Positions 22,001 to 33,850 of a DNA stretch of 64,000 nt are shown one piece after another. Source of the DNA: Blepharisma stoltei ATCC 30299 (Eukaryota; Protista; Ciliophora); the NCBI GenBank assembly GCA_965603825.1, contig CBFDEM010000039.1, forward strand, positions 186,001 through 250,000. Reading direction: 5' to 3'. The position numbers and the translations under genes are program-made. The notes under the pieces were generated by a model, which worked only from the letters and a program-made list of their open reading frames with translations, made no database searches and was not told the origin of the DNA. The first letter of the stretch is position 1. Every line of letters starts with the position of its first letter.

Positions 22001-25000
22001 ATTCCCTGAAATGCATAATGTTGGGCTTTACAAGCTGATGTTTATAAGTAAAAGACTGTGAATTGTGGCTATGAAAGCTCTTGCTCAAGGAATATTAATT
22101 TTTTTCTTTGTATTTTATTGTGGAATATTAAATGATAATGGGTATACAGAGAACAGTGCATATATGTCTATAGTTATGTATATATCACTATACAGCTCAT
22201 TTCTTATTTATTTGATTCTTGAAACGTATTCTTATAATGTTTATACTATTTCAAGCTATGTGTTTTCGCTGATATCTTTGATAGTGTTTTTAGAAATCAT
22301 GTCTGAGGCTCCTAATTCTCATATGAATGGAGACTTAGAGATGACGTATATTTCTCCACTTATGTACTGCCATATGATATTTTTACCATTGATTTGCTTG
22401 ATAATTAATTATGCAATTAAATGCTGCGAAGTTCTTTTTTACCCGAGTTTTATTGATTTTATCAGGAATAAGTTCGCTGGGAAACTGTATTATGAAGCCA
22501 AGTCAAGAATTGCTACGTTTAATGAAAAACTTGATAAGATTTATAAAGATAGCAAAGCATTTAGAAAATCTAAAGAAAGCACTGAATTTACCATAAATAA
22601 ATGGACTTGAAAATTTTTAAGCCCGTCAACAGAAATTGATTATCAAAATGAAAAAATAAATGAATATTTAGGTCCATATCGAGCATTTGCTATTTATAGA
22701 TGTGCTATAATTTTGTGCATTTTTATTTATGTTTGGAATGTTGATATTAGTGAAAAAGCTATTCCTCCATTTTATACAGCTTGCTCTGCTGTTTATGGGA
22801 TTTTTGCAATCCTCTCTTTCATACCATATTTTAAGTATAAAAGAAATATGGTTACAATGCTAATGAATATCTATGATATCATTATGATAATAGTCCATTC
22901 ATTTATTTTTGATTTCCAGATTCCTGCAATTTACTTAAGCTGGCCTCCTTTAATTTTAATAGGCTCATGTATGGACTGAATTTATGGTGTTTTGTTTTCA
23001 CTGATTATATCTTCCTGTGTATGTGTCTCAGCCTATCTTAATTCTTCTTATTTATCTACAATTGAATGTTACATTTCAGGAACTGAGTTTACAGTCATTT
23101 ATTTCGCAATTTGAATTTCCTCTGCTATAATAGGCTATAGCATTGAAAAATACGACAGAGAAAAATTTATTTTACTTAAAAAGGTCGAAAATGAAGTCGA
23201 AAAATCCAAACAAGTTTTAGACTGCGTTTTGCCTGAATTTGTTCGAAAAAGGGTTAAGGACGGGGCACGATATATTGCTGATGACCAAGGAATAGCAACT
23301 GTGCTGTTTTGTGACATACATAATTTCGAAGATATCGTAGAAGCATATCCTTTGCATGAACTTATCGCATTTTTAGATAATGTTTATAGGCAATTTGATA
23401 ATTTATGCGAATTAGTTGGGGTAACAAAAATAGAAACAGTAGGGAAAACTTATATGGCTTGTGCTGGCATTAAAGACAGTGAAGCTGAATTAGATGGAGT
23501 TTTCCAATCAGTCCCACATGGACGGAGAGCTATTGAGATGGGTATGGCAGTTTTAAAAACTGCAGAAAAAATCAAGCTAAAAAATGGAGGCAATTTACAA
23601 GTAAAAATTGGAATTCATAGCGGCCCAGTAACAGCTGGAGTTGTTGGATACCACAAGCCTCAGTTTTCTCTTGTAGGAGATACAGTAAATACTGCTAGCA
23701 GAATGTCCTCAACCAATCAAGAACCAAACACTATTCAGATATCGGAAGAAACTTATAATAATAACATTGGTGATAAGGATGATTTTATTTTTACAGAACT
23801 TCAGGTCGAAGCAAAAGGAAAAGGCTCTATAAAGGCTTTTAAAGTTGAAGAAAAAGATATTGGAGATAGAGATTCGCCATTGTCCCCTATTATTGAGTTC
23901 GATATACAAACAGATTTTCTTTTAGCAAGATCCAGCCCAATTCGGAATACAAGAAAAAGGACAGCAATTGATTATGCGTGGAGTCCTGAAAGAAGACAGT
24001 CAGTCGTAAGCTCGCCAGATTCAAAAAGACACTCAACTGTGGTAGATGAAAGGAGAAAATCAATCGCAAATGTAGCGGGGTTTAAAAGCCTTCCAATTCC
24101 TTTACCTGTTGCTGCAGATGGGAGAAGGCAATCGATTGTGATGACTTCAAGTGGAAGAGGGTCTATAATAAATCCAGCAGAGAGAAGACAGTCTGTTGTC
24201 AATCCAGATATGAGGAGACAGTCAATCATGGTAAGCTTAGGTGTCAGTGATAAAGCCCAGCTATTTAAAAGGCAGGATACTGATAAAATAGACCCCATTA
24301 AGTTTCATCCATTTTCTTGCTCTGAGACTGACCAAGAGAAAAACTTAAGGTTATATTTTTTGGAGCATAATCAATGAATATTGAAAATCAGAATTCTAAC
24401 AATAATTTTTTGTGGGTTATTTTTAGGTGTAATGAAAATCATTCTTATAACGCTCGTTGAAGCCAAAACATATAATATTATATCAACTATTTATTTTTTG
24501 TCTTCCATTATTTGATATATTTTGCTTTGGAAAACTTTTACTAAGATAAAAAAGTCAAAGTATATTCCATGGGTTATGCAATGTGGCTATCTTATCCCAT
24601 TTATTTTATTCCTTATCATTGAAATTAATCACAATTCTGAAATAAAAATTGTAGAAGAAGCATATCTCCTATTTTGCACATTGCTATCATCTCAATGCAT
24701 TTCTTCATTCTTTAAGCATACTATAAGCACCACAATTGTTTCAGCATTTTTGATAGTATTGGATCTTGCGATTTTAAATGATAAAGATGAAAAGTACATA
24801 TATTTGATATCCATTATATCATTCGAACTTTTCATGATTTCAATATCATATTTTTTAGAAAAAGCATTAAGATTCAATTATGCTTTAGAAGATTTAGCCA
24901 AAAAAGAACTTGAAAAGACAGAAAACCTCTTAAAACAAATGATGCCACCTCACGTTTATCGAAACCTCAAAGAAGATACAACAATAACTGATTCCTTAAC

Positions 25001-25553
25001 CCAAGTAACCCTTCTTTATGCAGACATTGTAGGCTTTACAGAATGGTCTTCATATAGAACGCCTGATAGAGTTGTAGGAATGCTTTATGAACTTTTCAGT
25101 AAATTTGATATGAAATGTGTGGAGCATAAGGTCTATAAAGTTCATACTATAGGTGACTGCTATGTGGCTATGGGATATAGTGGGGATATTGAAAGAAACC
25201 CTGGAGAAGAGTGCTTGCAGATAATAAAGTTGGCTGAATCAATGGTAGAAATAATTCATAGAGTAAATGAATTGAATATGTCGAAGCTTAGCATGAGGAT
25301 TGGGATACATACCGGGAGTATTGTGGGAGGAATCGCTGGAACTAATATAGTCAGATATGATATTTATGGAAAAGATGTGCTTATAGCAAACAAAATTGAA
25401 AGCAATGGCATTGCTGGACGAATATTGCTGAGTGAAGCTGCTAAGAATTTGATTGAGGGGTATAAGCCAGATCTGTATAGCTTTGAATTTCATAAAGAAA
25501 TACCAATACAGGCAATTAAAACGAGCATAAAATCATTTTTATTAGAACTTTAA
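19047..25553 (+). CDS. P4-ATPase-like / guanylyl cyclase fusion protein, alveolate type (2168 aa)
   Basis: One frame from ATG 19047 to TAA 25551-25553, broken only by TGA (all gaps read by eye). P4 motifs: SRYTLWNFFPKN, GVVIYTGYET, NEDLGQVEYILTDRSGTIT, AIEDK, LAIGDGAGDVGMI. Then TM block, cyclase C1 (LFCDI, KIETVGKTY, GDTVNTASRM), TM block, cyclase C2 (LYADIVGFT, TIGDCY). Confidence 0.93.
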
Positions 25554-25729
25554 CTAATCATCGTTGTATTTTAAAGTTACTATGAGAATTTTATTATTTA
25601 ATAGGAATTTATTAAAATAGAACCTTATGTCTGATTATTAAAACTTTATTTATAGACAAAATTGCTATGAAGTATTTTGCATTATTTGAGATTTGCTTAT
25701 AAAACTTATTTATCTATTATTAACCCAGA

Positions 25730-26599
25730 TTACATATTCAACAACTTTAGTGTCCGCTCCAGTCTACTTCTAACTTCAGTGCTTTTTTGCTTTGTAGAGA
25801 TTCATTTTTCTTCGAAATTTACCGAGTTACTAACAAACGAAAGATCATTTCTTTCTTTAATATATTCATCCCATTGCATTCTTTTCTGACAATTTCAGAA
25901 TTCAAGCTGGCTTCTTCTTTGTTCTCTTTTTTCTTCTTTTTCTTGCTTTTTCTTATTTTCCAATAATTCTTTTTGCTTTGAACTCCATTCTCTTTGTCTT
26001 TCTAATTCGTTTTTTGCTTCTATTTCATTTCTGATTTTCTCTTCGAATTTTGCAATTTTTTCTTCTCTGTATTTTTCCATTTTATATTTTCTCTCTTCTA
26101 GTTTTTTTAGTTTTTCTTTTTTCTCTTTTAATGCTTGGAACTGTAAATTTTGTTGACGGTAGAATTCAAAGTTTTCTTTGAATTCCTTTTTTTTAACGGT
26201 AATTTGCATATCTTTGATACGCTTGGATTCTAAGTGGTTGAGCTTTGATTCCAGTGCGATGTCGGATTTTATTTGTTTTTCAAGTTTTTCTGTGTCGTCT
26301 ATGAAGGATTTTGAATCCAAGTTGTTGAAAGCTGAGATGTATGCGGAATGCTTAGAGGAGCATATAGAGTTATTCAAGGAGGAGTGCTTTGGGAGGATTT
26401 TTGGAATATCAGTTGATATAGATAAAGATTGAGTTTTTCTATGCCTCAATTTAACGTCATTTGAGATGCTGGAAAGTTTGAGTTTGGGAACGATCTCCTG
26501 AGAAGTCACAGAGGAGCTTCTTAGAAGTGTTTTTGTGTGAATAATCTCACTTGCTAGGTCTGATGAGACAGAATTTTGGGATAAATCCTTAACCGACAT
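25730..26599 (-). CDS. Hypothetical Ser-rich / coiled-coil protein (289 aa)
   Basis: ORF continues through two TGA to TAA 25730-25732. Confidence 0.75.
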
Positions 26600-26884
26600 A
26601 ATTTGTTAGATTTTACTATTATAAAATAAATATTTTGTTATATGTTAGCATATGAATTATATTGAATTAATGATATAGCTATTAAACATTGTAATTGAAG
26701 CCATATATCTTCCCTATGAATCTACATAATCTCTTAAAAAAAATTTAAACTTTTTTTGCATTTAATGAATTATCTTTGTATAATTAATCTCTAAGAATGA
26801 TTAAGTGAACCAAATAATTAGATTGGGCTTTCAAACATTTAAAATCATTAGAAAAATGCATTTATAGAAAAAAATTGTTTGCAA

Positions 26885-28174
26885 ATGAACAGAAGATGTG
26901 GAACACCTAAAGCTAATTTAAACTCTAGCAATAAAAAAAGGACTTTTTCTTATCAATTTTATTCATATGATCAGAGGGAAAGTTCAAATAGGCTTAAAAG
27001 TGAAGTTGCTGTTATTTCTAAAGAATCATACGAAGAAAAATTACACCGAGAAATAATAAAAACTCCTAAGAGTGACAAATGATCTGCACACTTCAAAGAG
27101 TTAATATCTTACGAAGAGCATGCATGCAAAAAATCTTCAAGATTGCTTGGAGAAACGGAAATAATTAAAATAAAATACAACGAGATAAAAAAAAAGAAGC
27201 AGAATATTGAGGAGCAGGTCAAATCAGCAAAAAATCGAAAAAATGAATTAAATTATAGCAAATTTTTAGAAAATGAAAAATCTCTTAAAGAGGATAAATA
27301 TCAGGAAGTTAAAAACAAAGAAAAATGCATAAAACATCTAGAAAACGAAATTAAAGAAATTGAAAAAAGGGTTAAAGATAAAATTGAAGCAAATGATAAG
27401 CTCTATAAATCCATGAAAATAAACGATTTTGAGTACAGGCAGCAGTCAGAAAGAGAGCAAGCATTGAAGAATTTAATGATCTGAAAGACCAAGTTGATTA
27501 GTCAAATAAATGCAAAGCAAAACCAAATGGCTTTGCTAATAAACCAAAAGAATTCTTTGATAAAATATTCTGAATACCTATCTGAAGAGAAATCTCGAAT
27601 TTATAACTCAAAAAAAGATTTCAATTCTGCGCTCCAAAAAGTTGACAAATCTATTGCTCAGCTAAAATCTTTTAAGGATTCTTTAAGCATTTTAAAAGAA
27701 AATATTTCTAATAAAAAGAAATCACTGTCTGATCTCGAAAACTCTATAATATTGAAAGAAAAAGAATTGGATTCATTGAATAAAAATTCAGAAATCACAT
27801 CAAGGGTTGCTATAAAAAGGGAAGAGTATGGCATGCGGCTAACTAAATTAAATTGTCAAGATGAAACCATTAAGACATTGGCAGCCCGTGAAGAGCACAT
27901 TTCAGTTTTAAAAGAAAAAAATTCAAAAATGCAGGAATATTTAGAAGATTTAGAGAATAAAATAAAGCTGAGCACGGAAATTATTAGACTTAAGAATGAC
28001 GCAATCGAACATTTTGAAATAAGACAAGCGAATGTAGAGCTTCATAAAGAGTTTAATCGGAAACGGAAAGAAAGAGAATTGGATTTGATTGATTATATGA
28101 AGAGAAATGCGGAAGCTAAAGAAGAAGAGTTGACAAGAAAAGAAGTTTCTGTTAGAAAACTCAGCCACCAGTAG
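26885..28174 (+). CDS. Coiled-coil protein (429 aa)
   Basis: Three in-frame ORFs joined by TGA; K/E-rich heptads; ends TAG. Confidence 0.8.
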
Positions 28175-28287
28175 TGGCATGAATTAATTAGTATTTTGCA
28201 GTTTTATCTTAATTTTTTTTATATCTAAATTTTAATAAAGGCTGATTAACTGTATTGAGGTTAATTTATTTATATTTGCTGTGTGTA

Positions 28288-29232
28288 TTAATATTTAGAA
28301 ATCAGTCTTTTTGTATATTCGTATACAGACCATGACACAGCAGCCCCTGGCAAGAAAAACAGCATCCTCGGAACTATCCCTTTAACAAATCCTAATGCTC
28401 CATCTTCTAAATATATAAGTTTAGCTGTATCATATATACTCTTATACCTCAGTTTTCTCTTATCTTTTTTATCCATCCCAAAACCCTTATTTTTATATAG
28501 TGGACTTTCTTCATTTTGTGTTTGCAGCCTAGTTTTAATGACATCAAGGGGTGTTGTAAGCCCAGCTGCAAGAGCTGAAGAAATCCCAGCACAGCTAAAA
28601 TATCCAAGCATCGTTACCTTCCCATCACTAAAAAAATGAGATTTCAAGTTTTCATAAAACGTCATAAAAAGTGCTGCATTTGGCCAATTCATAAGCTATA
28701 TGTATTTTACAATGGTAATAAGCAAACTTCTATATAATGAAAAAAAGCCTTCAGTTTTAATTATTTCAAGCATCATTTTAAAAGGCCCTTTAATTCTATT
28801 CAGCTGGACTCTTTGTTTAACTACATCCATAGGATTTAAAATGATATCGTGAGATGTAGATGCTAAGGCTCCAGTTATGGCGGTTGACCACAAGTAATAT
28901 TGACTGTTTGATTGAATATCAAAATGTGACTTTGAAAATTCATAGATAGAAAAATATGCTGCATGGGCTGGAACACAGCCACAGATTACTGTTGAAACTC
29001 CATGCCACATACGAAGGATACCTTCTTTTCGGACAAGCTTAGCAGTATCTGAAAATGTAATCATCTTCGTTGATTCTGCCTGGGCAAATGTCTATGTTAA
29101 TGGTACCTTGATTGTATCGAAAGGAAAAGAAATAGAGTGCTCAACAACTCCTGCACAGGAGCCACAAATCATGTGCTTTCAGAAGAGCAGGTTGTGTGTG
29201 TTTTCTTCCCAATCCAGCAATTCCTCTTCCAT
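28288..29232 (-). CDS. Mitochondrial carrier, mitoferrin (MRS3/4, SLC25A28/37)-like (304 aa; two 15-nt introns)
   Basis: HMICGSCAGVVEH, FPFDTIK|T, GCVPAHAAYFSIYE, HDIILNPMDVVKQRVQL, TTPLDVIKTRLQT. Confidence 0.92.
28696..28710 (-). other. 15-nt intron GTAAAATACATATAG
   Basis: Joins SLLITI to LMNWP and removes an in-frame TAG. Confidence 0.92.
29092..29106 (-). other. 15-nt intron GTACCATTAACATAG
   Basis: Joins PFDTIK to TFAQ (carrier signature) and removes an in-frame TAG. Confidence 0.92.
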
Positions 29233-29698
29233 TTTAGGGCCAGATTTAATAAACTTCTAAAAATGCACAAGAAATCGCAACTCTCTGGTCATAAAAAAAT
29301 GTAAATTCATAATTTAGAATCCATATAAAATTTAAGCTTCATATGCAGTTTTGGCTTATTTAAAATTGAAATCTGATGAAATAAATAGATTTGATGATCA
29401 TAAAAAATTATTTTATTACTATGAAGTTAGTAAAGTCAAACAGGATGCTAATTTTAACCTATCATAATTAGAAAAAGAAGAAGGCAATTTAATTTTCCAT
29501 ATCTCTAATCGTTAGAAAAATTATATTTTTTAAATATTTTGTTTCATCAATTTTTTCATATGAAATCAAGCTGTACCGCTATAAAGTAGCAAAATTTACC
29601 AAAATTTGCTTATATACTCATTTGATTGCTGCAATATTTCATTTCAAAAGATATAAAAAACATTAAATAAACGTTTCATAATTTTAATAAAGATATTA

Positions 29699-30073
29699 AT
29701 GGGTTGCTGCCAGGCAGGCATTCAAGAGCTCGAGTTAGCATTTGGAAAAGAAGCCAATCCTTCAAAGAACTCTGTGTTTTCATTAAATGCTCAAATGGGT
29801 GATGATAAAGAAGATATTGTTATAACTGAAGCTAATCTTTTTTGTGATGACAGAGATGAGGTAGTCACCTTCAGAACTCATAGAAATGATATTGATCCTT
29901 TTAATAGAGAAGAATTAGAAGAAGCGGCACGCTCTGTTAGTGCTCATGCTATTTTTAAGCTGATGGAAAGGAAAAAGGAAGAAAAAAGAATGCAGAAATT
30001 AAAGACAATCAAGTTTGATACTGCATCTATTATACAGTCAGCGTTTTTATCAAAAATCACTAAAGAAAAATAA
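29699..30073 (+). CDS. Small protein with predicted N-terminal dual acylation (MGCC)
   Basis: 124-aa ORF starting MGCCQAG, flanked by AT-rich intergenic DNA. Confidence 0.75.
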   Translation: MGCCQAGIQELELAFGKEANPSKNSVFSLNAQMGDDKEDIVITEANLFCDDRDEVVTFRTHRNDIDPFNREELEEAARSVSAHAIFKLMERKKEEKRMQKLKTIKFDTASIIQSAFLSKITKEK

Positions 30074-30268
30074 TCAAATTTTTACAGTATTAGTTATAAA
30101 AATAATTTTTATGATTATTTAGACTTTTTATTATTGAGCCATATATTATAAACTAAAAAAAAATTTACATCCCTTTAATATCGCAGACAAAGCTATTAAA
30201 AGTTTAAGCTTTATTTACATCACCCTTTAATTTTAATAGATATACTAATATTGTGAAAAATAGTCTAT

Positions 30269-31617
30269 TTAATCCTTATTTAATTCTTTTTCAAAGTGAT
30301 TATAATCGTTTAGAGGCTGCTTTTCTTGTCTGATCCTCTTCAAATCTTCTTTTACTAAAAATATGCTAACTGTTCCTATCAAAAGTCCAATAATGCAAAT
30401 AATGCAGGATGCAATTGGTTGATTATTTAATAAATAGGCGATTCCAACTTCCAAAATCCCGAAAATTGTGCCTCCACAATTCAATAAGCCTCCAGCCATA
30501 GCTTCCCCAATCGGAAATGTGAGCTCACATCCAAGCTCATAAGAAATAGGAAGCATTGGCATTAATAAAAATCCCACTAGACAGATAGAAATTGCAGTAA
30601 TTGCGATAGAGCCAATCGGAAGTGTCAAAGTGAATATTCCAAAAGCTATAATTGACAAACAGCCTATTATTAAGCAAAAAAGCTTAAATTTTAACATCTT
30701 TGTAACAATTTTGGAAGCAATTGCATCACCAATTAAACCAAATGTTATACTTAGTGCTGCAAATAAACTTACAGCTGCTGAAGAAAACCCATAAGGTTTT
30801 CCAATAAGCTCAATAATTGTAGCTAAAGTGTTTTGTGTCCCAATACCTGCTGAAAAATAAATAAGCAGTAATAAATAATTTTTATTTTTTAGCAAAATTG
30901 GCAAGGACTGCCTAAAGTCGACTCTTTCAACCTCTGCAGAACTGCTGGGCGGAGTTTTTGGCTTCGCTCTAAAACAGAAAACTACTAAAATAAAAGAAAT
31001 TGTTGATAAAATGGCTTCTATCAGCATTAAATTTCCGATTTCAGTTTTAGATTCATTCAGCACAAAGATCCCTGGCAACGCAAAGCCTACAATAATTCCT
31101 AATGGGTTTGAAACTAATCCAATAGTGGTTGACATTGTTCTCTATATAACTAATACAGCCTCAGGCCTAAATCAATATGCCGATAATTTTGATGGAGCTG
31201 TTAGGAGAAAAGGCTGAGCCATACCTACAAAGACACTCCCAGTGAAAATATATCAGAAATTATCATAAGCGCCTATACGAATCCATGCCCCGATTGTATT
31301 TAAAATAGCCCCAATTGTTATCTATGTGAAAAATACACCAAACCTCAGTCCATACTTATCAAGAGCATAATTAGAAGGAAAAACTAAAATCGGATATATA
31401 AACATAGATAATAAAGCACACATCTCAACTCAAAACTCATCAACTCCATAAGTCTATTAGTAAGAATTACTTTATGAGTTTCAGTTGTGATTGGAGAAAA
31501 GGTTATTCAAAGCATTGAATTCATAGCATTTTCAAAGCAATAGACTAATAGGATGACCCATCTATATCTAAATTCTTTGTATTCAGTTGATTCGGGGATC
31601 ATTGAAAATTCACCCAT
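30269..31617 (-). CDS. MFS transporter, FLVCR/SLC49-like (433 aa; three tiny introns)
   Basis: YRWVIL, NSMLWITFSPI, LDKYGLRFG, AQPFLLTAPSKLSAYWF, KPKTPPS, PISYELGCELTFPIGE. Confidence 0.9.
31142..31156 (-). other. 15-nt intron GTATTAGTTATATAG
   Basis: Joins WFRPEA to RTMSTTIG and removes an in-frame TAG. Confidence 0.9.
31322..31336 (-). other. 15-nt intron GTATTTTTCACATAG
   Basis: Joins YGLRFG to ITIGAIL and removes an in-frame TAG. Confidence 0.9.
31454..31470 (-). other. 17-nt intron GTAATTCTTACTAATAG
   Basis: A 17-nt excision restores the frame between ITTETHK and TYGVDEFW; 15 or 16 nt does not. Confidence 0.8.
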
Positions 31618-31864
31618 TTTTGCTTTATTTCTGAATTAATAAATCAATATTTCAACAATGAGGCTTAATATTAATTAATGTTAATTAGCTAGATTATTTA
31701 AGAATTTATTTAATTTATCGTGACTTTAGATGCTAATAATTTATTTTGAAAACCTTTTTAGCTGATTTAAATGCCAATATTAATGAAATAAATCTAACAT
31801 TTAAATAAAAATTTTTTTAGAGTAACTCCTAATGATGACTTAATATTTTAACTTCTAAAGAAAA

Positions 31865-32599
31865 ATGAAAGGTAAAAAAACTGCTATATCAGCAGATCTT
31901 CCAAATTACTTTACAGCTTCTTTGTACTCAGTATTTAACCCTCAACAAAAGAATACTTCATCTTCCAAACGACTAGGCACCACTCAAAAAAATGACGTTT
32001 GTATCGAATCACCTGACGAATTCCACCTTCCCTCATCAAGGATAAGAGCTCCTGAGTCCTGCATATCTATGACAAAAATTCCAAGCAGAAGAGGCAGCTC
32101 AATTCCATTCCAAACATTCTATGACCAAACCTACATGCACAGCTCAATTGATCTCCATTCAGTTAAACCAAGCGTATCTATTGATATGTCTTCTATAAAG
32201 AAATCTCCCCCAAAAACAAAAATCGATTTTTATAAGAGATTCCAAAATCATATGAATTCTCAAGGATTTGGGAAATATAAAGGAATTTATTCTTATAGAG
32301 CAGATCAGCCTCATTTCTTGAGAGTTGACTCAAATTCTGAGTCAGCGTTGAGATCGACAATGTATAATGGTTTTCAAAAGAAAAAGCCTATACAGTATGT
32401 TATAAAAAATAATGAAGACTTTAAAGTTGACGAAGGGTTGATTAGCTTGAATAATAAAATCAAAATGCATATTGAAAAGCAGGAAAGCCATTTTATAAAA
32501 AATTATAAAAAAGCGACAAGGCATCAGAGGTCTAGAAGCATGGAATCGCTACTGTTTGCAACTAGCCAATCTCCAATAAGAGCGAAAGCTGGTAATTAG
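31865..32599 (+). CDS. Hypothetical Ser/Lys-rich protein
   Basis: 244-aa ORF, ATG after an A-run, ends TAG. Confidence 0.7.
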   Translation: MKGKKTAISADLPNYFTASLYSVFNPQQKNTSSSKRLGTTQKNDVCIESPDEFHLPSSRIRAPESCISMTKIPSRRGSSIPFQTFYDQTYMHSSIDLHSVKPSVSIDMSSIKKSPPKTKIDFYKRFQNHMNSQGFGKYKGIYSYRADQPHFLRVDSNSESALRSTMYNGFQKKKPIQYVIKNNEDFKVDEGLISLNNKIKMHIEKQESHFIKNYKKATRHQRSRSMESLLFATSQSPIRAKAGN

Positions 32600-32919
32600 A
32601 AGAAAGTCGAAAATTTAGTACTTTTATTCTGCATTTTGCAATTATTTAAAAATAATAGCGTAGTTAAGATTAATTTTACAAAAATAAATTAATAGAAGGA
32701 AAAACAGTAAATTCTGTCTGCCTCCTAAAATTATCAAAAATAAATTTCGAAAATATTATTTTTTTAAGCCTTGTTAGCCTTCTAAAGCAATTCAATAGCT
32801 TTAACTTGCCTAAAAATTCTTTTATTAAGGATTTCGCGATTTTCAGATTATTTTATATTGCAAATTTTCATTGCATATCATAAAATCATAAAAGGCCAAA
32901 ATCCTCCATTGGTTAATAA

Positions 32920-33813
32920 ATGTCAGGAGATAAGAAGCCAAGCATCGTAAAAAATTACATCATCGGAGGTGCAGCTGGTATGATTGCTACAACCATTATC
33001 CAGCCTATCGATTTCGTTAAGGTCCAACTCCAAATCAAAGGAGAGGGTGTTAAAGGTGCAAGGCCTAATCCTTTCACTATTCTGAAACAAACCATCTCAG
33101 AATTCGGTGTTAAAAGATTATACACTGGCCTAGACTCTGCTTTGCTAAGACAAGCTACTTACACCACTACAAGAATGGGTACTTACAAGTCTTTGATGGA
33201 CTGGGGTGCTGAATTCAACAAAGGAGCTGTCCCAGCCTGGCAAAAGGCAGGATACTCTCTTTTTGCAGGAGGCTTTGCAGCTCTAATTGGTAACCCTGCT
33301 GATTTAGCTTTGATTAGAATGCAGAGTGACCATACTCTTCCTGAAGCCCAAAGAAGACATTACACTGGAGTTGTCAACGCAATTACCAGAATTATCAAAG
33401 AAGAAGGATTTTTCAGCTTGTGGAGAGGCTCAACCCCTACAATCTACAGAGCAATGGCCATTAACCTTGGTATGTTAGGCCCATATGACCAGGCTAAAGA
33501 ACTTCTTACTAAGTCTTTTGGTGAATTCAATGGAATCAGAGTGGCCTCATCATTGATTGCAGCATTCTTTGCCTGCGTGCTTTCTCTGCCATTTGATAAC
33601 GTGAAGACTAAATTCCAAAGAATGGCGAAGAAGCCAGACGGTACTTATCCTTATAAGAGCTTTATGGACTGCTTTATGAGGTCATTGAAGAATGAAGGTT
33701 TCTTAGGATACTACGTTGGATTCAGCACATATGTGGTTCGTATTGCTCCTCATGTAATCATCACACTACTGACTGTTGACTTCTTAACCTCTATTTTTAA
33801 TAAGCCTAAGTAA
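32920..33813 (+). CDS. Mitochondrial 2-oxoglutarate/malate (SLC25A11/DTC-like) carrier
   Basis: QPIDFVKVQLQ, GLDSALLRQATYTTTRMG, GNPADLALIRMQSD, LPFDNVKT, RIAPHVIIT. Confidence 0.93.
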   Translation: MSGDKKPSIVKNYIIGGAAGMIATTIIQPIDFVKVQLQIKGEGVKGARPNPFTILKQTISEFGVKRLYTGLDSALLRQATYTTTRMGTYKSLMDWGAEFNKGAVPAWQKAGYSLFAGGFAALIGNPADLALIRMQSDHTLPEAQRRHYTGVVNAITRIIKEEGFFSLWRGSTPTIYRAMAINLGMLGPYDQAKELLTKSFGEFNGIRVASSLIAAFFACVLSLPFDNVKTKFQRMAKKPDGTYPYKSFMDCFMRSLKNEGFLGYYVGFSTYVVRIAPHVIITLLTVDFLTSIFNKPK

Positions 33814-33850
33814 AAATTTCAGTTAGCATAATTTGTCTAAAGATTACAAA

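Noticed and set aside
19047-25553. Pseudogene or multi-gene operon suggested by the fragmented ORFs
   Set aside because: All pieces are in one frame and separated only by TGA, so it is a single gene. The same holds for the MORN, EML, K+ channel, TPX2 and DAW1 fragments.
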